DNA of 64,000 nucleotides from Blepharisma stoltei ATCC 30299 (Eukaryota; Protista; Ciliophora). The stretch spans positions 496,001 to 560,000 of the forward strand of contig CBFDEM010000027.1 of assembly GCA_965603825.1 (NCBI GenBank). The letters are read 5' to 3'. Of this stretch, positions 36,111 through 46,623 are shown in pieces; positions within the stretch are counted from its first letter, which is position 1, and the number at the start of each line of letters is the position of its first letter. The notes under the pieces were generated by a model. It searched no databases. It had not been told where the DNA came from and was given only the letters and a program-made list of their open reading frames with translations. Made by a program: the position numbers and the translations under genes.

Positions 36111-39100
36111 TTTAGGGGGCTTAAATACAAGATCGTTCCTATGAATCAAATCATCGATTCCATAGAAAGACAAAGGAAAATGCTACTAAATGAAGATATC
36201 TCAGGGATATTTAACTTTGGCGATGACAAACTACACAAAGTATTCCAGATGCAGTCTTGGTTATTTTTAACTTCATACAATGGAAGCATTCTTATAATTA
36301 AAGAGAAACCAGAAAATGGTTTAAAAATAGAAAGTCATCGAAACCTTATAATAGGCATTAAAGGCAACAGCAAAGATCCAATCTTTGTTTCATTTTCATG
36401 TGACAGAAAAATAATTTGCTGAAATGCTGATAATGGTAATATATACATGATTTTGAATCATATACACGACTTATTATCGATGCTGAAATTATTAATGGCA
36501 CAAATTTTATTGCCACAATCTCTTCAGAAAGTGAAGGAGTCAATTTGTGAGAAAAAAACACTGGATCATTAATAAAAATTATAAGTGGTCCAAAAAATCC
36601 GTTTCACGGATTATATACATGAAAAAGTAATTTAATTTGTATATGCTGTGAAAATATAACTTTTTACAAATTTTCAAGCAGGAATAAAGAAAAATCATTC
36701 AGCACAAGTGTTGAAAAAGTATTTTACTCTAACAACATGCCAGCTATTTTGTTTGCTTCAACACCATACACTCTTCATTTATGAATTTTTGATGGGCTGA
36801 AAAGAATAAAGATAACTTTTGCTGATGAAATAATTGACTTTAGAATGAGCCCTAAAGCTAGATGAATAATGATTTGGATTAAATCTGTTATTAAAATTAT
36901 CAGTTCTGAAAAACTTGAACTAGTTTATGAAATTGAAAATTCTCAGCCTAAAAATTGGAAATTTTCTAAAAACAGTGAAAAGATTGCTTATTGTTATAAA
37001 AAAAACGCTGTTATTTTTGATATTCAAACAAGAAATTTAATTAAACTTAAGCATAGTAACTTAGTGAGAAAAATAAAATTCACTAGCGACATCAAATATA
37101 TTTTTACAGGTTGTGAAGATTGCTCTATTAGAATCTGGAATATCGAAAAGCAAAAAAATATTTTTGTATACTATACAAATATTATACCAATGAGATTGAA
37201 ACTTGACGAATATCATGGGCGCTTATTTTATGCAAATGAATTTGATCTTGCCATTTTGGAACATCCATGCACAAATCAAATAAAAAAGGAAATTGAATAT
37301 AGTGTTAAAGATGTGAAGATTTGCAAAAGGACAAAACTGCTTTTCTTTTTATTAGAGAACTTTCAAATCCAAATATGAAATTGAGAATTGAATTCCAAAA
37401 TCCACGAAATTGAATGAAATTATAGCATTGAAAGCTTACTGATTTCTAATGATGGTCAATTGGCTGTATATAGTGATGATTCATATCTTGTACATAAATT
37501 TGACATGACCGATATGGCTACTCAAGCCTTTATGCGAAAAAATGAAAGCATTTATTGAGAAAGCATAATAGATGATTGGCTAATATTAATCTCTCAGACT
37601 CAAGCAACTTTTAAAAATTTAAAAACTGATCAGGAAGATAACCTCTCTTTAGCAGATGTGCCAGTTATTTTCAAAATAGTGAAAATAATCAGTCCTTACC
37701 CTCTTTTTATGGTTGGATCATTGCATAGAGACATTTGAATTATACAAAAAGAATCTAAGATAATTCTAAAACGAGAACATTATGAAAACATTGTATTTAT
37801 ATCTGCTATAAACAATAAAAAATATTTTGTGAGTGAGGGTTTGGATAAGAAGGTGATACTTTGATCATTAAGCACTCATGTTGCATTGCATGCATTCACA
37901 GACAAATCTTACAGCTCTGACTGAATAGGAATTACAGACAATGACAAGTATTTAGTTGTTAAATATCAAGACTCAAATGTTAATATATTTAAGCTACCAG
38001 AAATGACTATCCATTACTCCTTTAAAATAAGCAGAAGGCACAATTTCTTCAAAATATTCCAAAATTACTTGACTTTTATGAATAATTCAACACTGATATT
38101 AAAGAATGTAAAATCTGCAATTGAAGTTCCTTTATTAGATATAGGATATTGAAATATATGCAATTATGAAATATCCCAAGACATGACTTCTTTAATAGTC
38201 TTTAAGCGTGCAAATGAAGTGGAAGCCTTCGAACTTAAATATAATTTCGATGAAATGGCCCTTAACGATATTAGGTTTTCTTTTAGCACTGATTGAATCT
38301 CAAATTTCATAGCAAAGCATATTCTTCTCCAGCCAGAAACTGAACCCTTTGAAGAATCAAAAACATTTCTGATACAACCATATGGAGTTAAATTATTGCA
38401 CATTTATTCATATTTCGACTTGAAAGATAACCTTGAAAAAGCACTCGAGCTTGGTGTGCAAATAATACGAGACATTGATGGTTTTAGCCCAATAGGCTAT
38501 GCAATAATGAGAAATTCTAACAGATGTATTGACCTGATATTGAACTTTATAGCAGAAACTAATGAGTCTGAAAGATTTAAATGTGTTTCTGCAATCAAAA
38601 ATGACATCCCCAAACTCTTTAAATTGCGTTTAAAGAATCTAACAAAGTTTTTATCATCACTTATTATTAAATCTCCTCCTTTTTCTATTACAAAGGCTAA
38701 ATTTCCATCTGTAATCTTATCAGACAAATTATACTTTGACATTTATTCAATTAATACATTAAGAAATACTGACAAAGGCACGATAGTTTTAAAGATATCA
38801 ACAAATATATTGAAATGAGATTATTCATTTGGCCTTAAGGAGAGTCTGGAACTGCTTGAAAGTATGTATAATACTTCAGACTCCCAGATTTATCAATCAA
38901 AATTTGCCAATGAAGTCATCAATTATAAATGAGATCAGCTGCAAGTTCCCATTTCTCTGAGCTGCCTACTAATTTTATTTATGATAATACTGATGTGTAT
39001 GGATATCTGTTTCCCTGATCATAATTTGATTTATGTTATTTTGGCTATCAATTTTATTTTGACTATTGCGGATTTTATAAAAATGAAGCAAGCATCAAAA

Positions 39101-39679
39101 GTCTATATGCTCAATCATTCAAAACAATTTATTCTGCACATTATTTCAATAGTTTGATGCCTTATAGAATTATGCTATCATAAAATTTATTCGCTAAATA
39201 TTATAGTCATTTTATGAAATCTTATGATCAGCTTTGCAATTTTCAAGTGATTTAAAGTTACAAGATCCTATATTAGACTGTTTATACTTGTTGCAACAGA
39301 AACTTTTCCTTTTTTGCTGATTTTTTTGTTTGTGAATGTGATTTCAGCAATTGCTTATTTAATTGTAACAGATACAAATGATTTTTCAATAGCATTCCTA
39401 ACTGCTTACTTTCTTAGTATGAATAATCTTAGCATAGATGCTAGATACAATGAGAAGATCTATTGATATCTAATATTTTCTACTGTCAATACATTTTTGC
39501 TTTTCAATATGCTTGTTTATATCCTAGATCCAGTTTTTGATGAAACGAGAAACAATATTGAAGAAACAGATTTAGAGGACAAATTACGGGTCATTATAGA
39601 AATAGAGCATCTCTTATTTTGGAAGAAAAAGAAAAAATCATATTTTATGCACTTAATTAAGACAAATAATTCTTGGTAA
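36108..39679 (+). CDS. WD40-repeat + ankyrin-like + TRP-like six-TM ion-transport protein, with one frameshift near 36440
   Basis: Frame from 36443 to TAA 39677 has no TAA/TAG. WD motifs FTGCEDCSIRIWN, SEGLDKKVILW; ankyrin-like DGFSPIGYA; VINYKW followed by ~6 hydrophobic helices and FNML. The first ~110 codons are in a different frame. Confidence 0.75.
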
Positions 39680-39835
39680 TAAAAGTTTTAAATTATTTAC
39701 TAACATTTATTTAGTACATTTTATTTAAATTTTGAAAAGGTAATTATTAAGCATTTTTCAATTTATCAGGCAATTGAATCATGCTATTATAAATATACAA
39801 TTATGTAGAATGATTAATAATTATGTGGCTTGATA

Positions 39836-40126
39836 GCTCATCCTGCAGCATGCCTGCACGTCCTATAGTGTTCCATCTGATCCTGCAGCTCATCCTGTAG
39901 CATAATCGCTCACTCTGTAGTGTTATAATATATCCTGTAGATTTACTGCTCATCCTTAGCATATTCTGCATTATAAATAGTCATCTTGCAGATTATAGCT
40001 AATCCTGTAGCTCACCTTTCATCATAAACTTATTCTGCAGTAAATGCTCATTCTGTAGCACATATGCAGCCTAAAGACTTTACTGTAGTAAATGCTTTAC
40101 CTGCAGAGTTATTGCTCATCCTGTAT
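39836..40126. repeat. Degenerate tandem array of GCTCATCCTGYAG (~17 units, mostly 18-20 bp spacing, some ~12 bp)
   Basis: gctcatcctgcag, tctgatcctgcag, gctcatcctgtag, gctcactctgtag, gctaatcctgtag, gctcattctgtag, gctttacctgcag, gctcatcctgtat etc. Confidence 0.85.
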
Positions 40127-40177
40127 TTGTTACTTTTAAAGTATTCTGAACTGTATTTTTGAAAAGACCAAGGTGCC

Positions 40178-40852
40178 ACTCTCCTTCTTTGATAGCTTAA
40201 GGAGAGTGATTAAAAGGAAATCTCGAATTTTTTCATGAAGCCATCTATATTTAATAACGAATTGCATATTAAATGTAGGTGTCTAAGCTTAAAAAAATAG
40301 ATTTTCCCCCAAAGCTTTAAGGATAAAAGTGGAGACAAAACAAATAATAAGAAGTGGGGCTTAATGGGTTATTATAATAATAAAATTATGTATAGCTTTT
40401 GTGGAAATGGGTGGGAAGAAGGAGTCCAAAGATTGTTTTCAATTGAATATGATGATGGAAATGGAAAGATAAGTGTTTCCGAGTTAGAAAAATTTATGGT
40501 AAAAATTTACCACTTTCCTTATAGCGTTGATAACATAAAAACTCGTATAATTTCAAAAATTATAAACGTCATCAATGAATTTCTTGTTGATGCAGATGGG
40601 AAAGTTGATTTCGAAATATTCAAGCGTGTTTATGCCTACAAACGTCTTGATAAACATGGATATGGCTGAATAGGACTTCAGAGCTTCTTGGAAATTGTTG
40701 GGCCAAAAGGATGGACGGATGAAATGGTTACATCGTGATTCAGAAGGTATGGAGAAGTTTCAACAACTGGATCACCAAAATTTCGAACTAGCTATTGAAA
40801 GTTTTTTGTCAATCCTATTAATAAATAAGCATAATTAAAGTATAATTAAATA
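40178..40852 (+). repeat. Direct repeat copy 2
   Basis: Near-identical to 35426-36110. Confidence 0.95.
40388..40828 (+). CDS. Calmodulin-like degenerate EF-hand protein, copy 2
   Basis: Same length as copy 1, with a few substitutions including GGA>TGA (Gly>Trp) at 40667; TAA 40826. Confidence 0.75.
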
Positions 40853-41370
40853 TTTCAAATGCAGTATTGATTAATTCTAAAATAAAAGCCAATATGCCGA
40901 GTCATTAAAAAAAAGTATTCTACACATTCTTTCCACCCTTTTTTCTTACTTGGCGAAAAGTGCTATTTTGTGATCAAAAAAGATTTGTCGGATACATAGT
41001 TATTTTTACAATCTTAAGAGCAGTTTTACAATTTTCAATTGATTTAAAGTTTCAATATTCTTTTTAGACTGCTTACATTTGTTGCAACCCGAACTTTTAC
41101 TTTTTTATAATTTTTGCTTTATCTTTTCAAAAGATTCCTGAAAATTGAATCATGGTATTATAAAACTTTACTCCAAACATTCTTTTCTTGTACTAAATGC
41201 ATTAAGAAATTATTTAGATATGAAAACAAAAGTCCTTATTTCCACATATATAAATTTCAAAATCTATTATTATATGCAAAGGCTTTACTTTATAATTGTG
41301 TGCATAATTCTTTTTTACAAGGGATAAAGTTTTTGTGTAAACATTTAAATAAATTAATTAATTTATTAGC

Positions 41371-42207
41371 ATGACTGAACCGAATTTTAGGAGACTTAAA
41401 ATCGCTCTCAATCTAAAATGCGACACATCAAGGCAAGCTCTCGATTCAACATTGAGAAAGACCCCAAGAACAGCAGCTGAAATTAAGCCAGAACTCACCC
41501 CAACAACATCAGTTTTCATTCCAGATGCTCCTAATACAGCCACTTTTGAAAGCAACTTGTTTCTGAAAAGAAAAAAATACACAAGAAGAAGAACAATTGA
41601 GCCTGATGCTTTTAATGACCATCATATGAAAAGCCTCAAGCGCAAACTTACTGTACTAGAAGAATTTGGCTTGCCGAATGATGTAGAAGTAAAGCCAGTA
41701 CTTAGAAGGTTCAATTCTGAGCTATCTAATGTTTTATCAAGAAAGTCTATAACAATGGCAGATTTCTGGGGAAACAAAGTCGCACAAAACCTATTAGCCT
41801 CTCCTAAACTGAGACAAGCTGCTAATACTTTGAAGCATAAATATTTAATTCAAAACCGGGCAACAGAGCACTCTTTACTTTATCCAAATCACCCAAGAAA
41901 AATGGATATGGGCACAATAATCAGGATGCAGGGTACAAATAAATCGAATTCCCCTATTAAGCATCACGTTAATTGCTCACTTTTAACGAGCACTACTGAG
42001 CCTATATTTCATACAGAAAAAAGAATGAAGAAGCACCGAGAGCTTTCTGAAATATATCAAATTATGAAAAGCTGTGACGATTTGTATAAAACCGGCCAAG
42101 AAAATTTGCAAAAGCTTAAAATCCCACATAATGAAACGATTAAAATTAAAAAACTCCCAAAAAGAGCCAGAGCACAAATAGAACTATTTAAAAAACACTT
42201 AAATTAA
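41371..42207 (+). CDS. Hypothetical basic protein
   Basis: Intact 278-aa ORF. Confidence 0.75.
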   Translation: MTEPNFRRLKIALNLKCDTSRQALDSTLRKTPRTAAEIKPELTPTTSVFIPDAPNTATFESNLFLKRKKYTRRRTIEPDAFNDHHMKSLKRKLTVLEEFGLPNDVEVKPVLRRFNSELSNVLSRKSITMADFWGNKVAQNLLASPKLRQAANTLKHKYLIQNRATEHSLLYPNHPRKMDMGTIIRMQGTNKSNSPIKHHVNCSLLTSTTEPIFHTEKRMKKHRELSEIYQIMKSCDDLYKTGQENLQKLKIPHNETIKIKKLPKRARAQIELFKKHLN

Positions 42208-42213
42208 TGCCCA

Positions 42214-43560
42214 TTATGTTTCCAATAATATCTCATCAGTAAAGCATTCAAAATCAAAAACTTCAATAGATGATGAGGTCTCTTCTTCCTCTCTTCCTAA
42301 TCTTGGCTCAATTGGCTGCTTTTGTAGCAATGCTGTGCATGCAGCAAAAACAAGGCTTTTCATTTCTTCATTTTCATCAGTTCTTTCTTGGTAATTTGAA
42401 ATTAATTCTCTTATTTCTCTTTCTACATTAGAGTAATCTGCAGAATCACAAGCAGACATTGCTGTAGATACACATATAAGAAGAGCACAAATGGCTTCAG
42501 CTGGTAGCATTGGCTCTTTAACAATGTCTAAAAGATACCGTAAAATCACGTTTGGCTCTCCATAATGCAAGATATAGTTACGGCCTGCAGGAAAATTAAG
42601 CAGATTTGCAAGTAAAGCACTTCCAAAAATATGGACAAATGGATGAGTAGGTGATTTTCGCACAATTTGATTGTAAAGCATTGATTTTATAAGCCATTCA
42701 ATGAAGTTAGCTTCGGTTAATTGACTGCAAACTTCATCTTCTGTGTAGCTTAGTTTTGATAAAGCTGCCAATGCAAATCTTTGAGTGACACTTCCAGACT
42801 CTTGCTCTTTAACTTCTGCCATTAATTGAGCAATAACTGTAGAGCTATAGCCGGAAAGAATATAGTTTCTACCATGATTTTCTGAACATAATATTGAAAC
42901 CAGTGCTAATAAACAAGATTTAATAGAGTGGTTTCTAATTGTTAGTAGATTTCTAAGAGACCCAGAAAAGATATCTTCACTTGATAGCAGTCGTATAAGC
43001 TCAGATCTTTTATCTTTTGGAGCTGACAAAGACTCTGCTCGAAGTGTCACTAATAATTCAGCTAATTCTGTGTAATTTTTTCTTTCTAGGTCATTTAAAA
43101 TTTTTGTCTTCATTTCTTGTATATAATTGGGATTCAAAATTGAAATACTTTCAGTTTCATACACTCTCAGCCCAAGGATTTCTTGGATTTTTGCTAATTG
43201 CTTTTTATATACTGAAATTTTATCTTGATAGGCTTGACTGTTTTGCTCTTCTAGTAACTGAATTGTGTCAACAACTATTTCAAATAATTTTCTTCCGTTT
43301 CTTAAAATATTTTCCTTGCTCTTTTCTGCGTTCTCTAATCTTTTTTCAAGAGTTGAAACTCTTGCAGCTTTTCCATCTTCGCCCAAAGAAATTGTGTACA
43401 GTCTTGGCATTTCTCCGATTTCTTTACTAGTAGTGGGCTTTTTTGTTTGCTTTGAGATTGCTTTGGATTTCAGCTCTGCATTAAAACATTCTAAAGTACT
43501 TGAAAAGCCATGGTAAGTTAAATATTCTTTGATAAGCTCTTGAGTATGTAAGTCTTCCAT
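42214..43560 (-). CDS. LisH + armadillo-repeat protein (ARMC9-like)
   Basis: LisH ELIKEYLTYHGFSSTLECF, SVTQRFALAALSKLS, ALLANL, C-terminal FECFxDE. Confidence 0.8.
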   Translation of the reverse strand: MEDLHTQELIKEYLTYHGFSSTLECFNAELKSKAISKQTKKPTTSKEIGEMPRLYTISLGEDGKAARVSTLEKRLENAEKSKENILRNGRKLFEIVVDTIQLLEEQNSQAYQDKISVYKKQLAKIQEILGLRVYETESISILNPNYIQEMKTKILNDLERKNYTELAELLVTLRAESLSAPKDKRSELIRLLSSEDIFSGSLRNLLTIRNHSIKSCLLALVSILCSENHGRNYILSGYSSTVIAQLMAEVKEQESGSVTQRFALAALSKLSYTEDEVCSQLTEANFIEWLIKSMLYNQIVRKSPTHPFVHIFGSALLANLLNFPAGRNYILHYGEPNVILRYLLDIVKEPMLPAEAICALLICVSTAMSACDSADYSNVEREIRELISNYQERTDENEEMKSLVFAACTALLQKQPIEPRLGREEEETSSSIEVFDFECFTDEILLET

Positions 43561-44399
43561 AAAATGCAAATTTGATTATTAAATTTAATTATCATTGGAT
43601 GGTTTTAAGATTTTTGAAGAATGATGTAGCTTTTGATACATTGAAGTGATAGAGTTAAGATTAAAATATTTTTGGAGGGTAAATAAACTAAATTTTTATA
43701 TTGAAATTAGAAGAATATTCTTTTTTAATAAAGAAGTGAAAGGCACATTTTTATTGATCTCTATTTAATGTAGCACTATGTGCTATTAAAACCTGAAGAA
43801 GTAGCATCTTCCAATATTTTCAAAGCTTTTGCACTTTTAGAAAGGAACTAATAAAATAAATTATGTGCTGTATTTGTAGAGTTAAAGTGCCTTTGCAATA
43901 AAATGTTCTGCTATAATATCCGCTCTCAATTAAAATAATAAAATATTAACATAAAATACCATTGTAAATTATTTATAATGACTTTTCAAATCTGAAGCAT
44001 TCAATAAGTTACTAAAACCAATATAAAAGCTATAGGTAAGTTACATTATTTTTGATATTTTGAATCTAATACAAAAACCATTTAAGAATTTGCTATCCAC
44101 CATAAAAGTCGTTTTTCAATCTTTCATTTTGATCACAATCTTTTGGCTTTGACTAACTTTGCTAATCCATTTGATTGGTGACATTTTATCGAAATTAGGG
44201 ATTTCTATCTAATTTGATTTAAAATACATAGAAGAATTCAAATGACTTAGTCCTTTTTTCCTTTTCAAAGGAAAACGAAGTAATTATTCGTATTATAAGA
44301 TATTGCATAAAAAGTATAAAAACTTTTATTTATACGCGGATCTAAAAAAATTAGTTTAATTATATTTATCAGTTCTAAATATAAAACCAAATTCCCAAA

Positions 44400-46589
44400 A
44401 TGAAATCTCCAGATCATTCCTTCAGAGCTCCAGACCCCTTACTATATGATGGGCATTCTCTTGCTGTCCCAGGCAAGGATATATCAATGGTCAGTATGGT
44501 AGAAAGTTCATGCTCCCAATCCGAAAATTTGTGACCAGGGAAACAGCTCAGTCTCAAGTTCTATTTTTGCTATTACTGCTTACTATCAATATGCCTCGGA
44601 AACTCTCTTGCTTACTACTCTATTTACAACTCCTCCACAAATTTTCTATTTTTAAGTATAATTCTCCTTATAGGAAGCATTTTGTTCAGCCTCGCCATTA
44701 TGATTTTAGAAGTTCGAATTGGCTCACAAGTTATGAAAAAATACTTGATAAATGAAATGGTCTATATATTTGTAGGCCTTTCTATTATCTTCTCAGACCC
44801 AAACGTTTTTGTAGTTTTAGTTCAAATTGACGATAAAAATGATTCATTTGCCACCAGTTTTGCGTTTTTGGCAATTTTAGGCGTTATAGCTCATAAAAAC
44901 CTAATAAAAAAAATCAGACAGTTTGTTGAAGTAAATGCTTTCCTAGGGATTATTGCCTTTATTTTAAACATGTTTGGGCAAATGAACCAGGGCACAACAA
45001 TTTTTCAATTTATTTTATTTATGTTACTGATATTTTATTTAGCTACTGAGCTACAATCAATTAGCCAAGACATGAAGCTGGCTCCTGATAAAAGCGACGC
45101 ATCACTGATGATACATGAAAATGTAGAACGAAAAGGCAGAAGAAGCTTAAGTGATCAAAGACAAAAAATTGAATCAAAGCATGCGAACACTACAATAGAA
45201 GAAATTGTAGCATCCCTAGTCAAATCTTTTGATTTGCTTTCAGAAGTTCAATCACAAGATACTGCTATGCAAGAAAAAGTTCAAGCATCTGCAGACATTA
45301 TATTGAAATCATTAGAAACTTTAAGATCGTCCCCCAACATTTATTCAACGAATTTGAATAACATTGTCAAAAACCTGGACGAGCAGGACAAAATGTTTAT
45401 TGAGCAGACTTTTATTGATGCTAGTAAAAGTGGCTCAATTCATTGTCAGCCTCTTGCCAAGAGAAACCGCAAAGACCCCCTTTATACAACAGGATATGGG
45501 GTTCCTGAGCTAATGGGTATTTTGCGTCAAATCGGCAACGAATGGAACTTCAACACTTTTTTTATTGACGAATGCACAAAAGGCTGCCCACTTCTGTCTT
45601 GTGGAGTCTACATGATCAGAAGATACGGACTTGATGAAATTTTTGGCATTACAGACCAAAGCTTGACTAATTTATTAGAAGTTTTGGAATCAAAATATAT
45701 AAGAAACCCTTACCACAACTCCTGCCATGCCGCAGATGTGATGTGCTCGTATTTGTTTTTAATTCATGCTTCACAGCTAGGAGATGAAATGAGCAGCCTA
45801 GAGCTTTTGGCAGGAATTTTTGCGACACTTGCACATGATGTAGGCCATCCTGCGAAAAATAATAGATTCTTGATCATGAGCAATGATGATTTAGCAATTC
45901 AGTTTAACGATATAAGTGTCCTGGAAATGCTGCATGCTTCGATGTTTTTCCAAATACTAAAGAAAAGTGAGCCGAACTTATTTAAAAGCCTGGAGCCTGA
46001 AAAATGGCGTCAAATGAGGAAGCTTATTATTGAGCTCATTTTGGCGACAGACATGGGAAAGCATTTTGAAATCATGGGGTATTTCAATTCGAAATATCTA
46101 AGTATCAGTGAACTCCCTGAGCCATCAGATGCTGAGTTTAGACTGGACCAATACAAAATGACAATAAAATCAGCCGATATTGGTCATGCTGCCAAGTCAG
46201 TCGACCTCCATGAAAAATGATGCGGATTAGTTATCAAAGAATTCTTCGCCCAAGGTGATGAAGAAAAACAGCTGGGAATTCCCGTTTCAATGTACTGTGA
46301 CAAAGATACAACTGATATTTCCAAATCACAAGCTGGGTTTATAAAAAACATTGTAATGCCTCTTTTTGTAGCTTTAAACAAAGTTATGAATTCCCCGCTG
46401 ATTGAAGAAAACTGCATAGCCCAGCTCAAGATAAATGAAGGGTTCTGGAACTCCAAGCGATCTTATAAACAATACCAAACAGTGCTGATGCGCAAAGAAG
46501 AAGAAAACGAGAAAGCCAGGATCGAAAACATCCTAGTCCGCAGCATGACTTTGAGACGTGGAAGCGCTGTGGAAAAGTTCCTCTCTTAA
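44400..46589 (+). CDS. Class I 3',5'-cyclic nucleotide phosphodiesterase with N-terminal TM region
   Basis: NPYHNSCHAADV, AHDVGHP, LATDM, SADIGH, HEK[TGA]CGLVIKEFFAQGD, SQAGFI; start extended to ATG 44400. Confidence 0.93.
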
Positions 46590-46623
46590 ATTTTCAAGTA
46601 ATTAATAATCTGTTCATAGCAAA

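Noticed and set aside
39836-40126. CRISPR array
   Set aside because: Units are 13 bp and degenerate, spacers are 0-7 bp, there are no cas genes and the context is eukaryotic.
35426-40852. LTR retrotransposon or composite transposon
   Set aside because: Repeats contain a cellular gene; no TG..CA ends, target-site duplication, RT, integrase or transposase were seen.
43739-43894. Small inverted repeats (aaaggcac/gtgccttt; tagcac-tat-gtgcta)
   Set aside because: Only 6-8 bp; compatible with chance, with no recognisable ncRNA.
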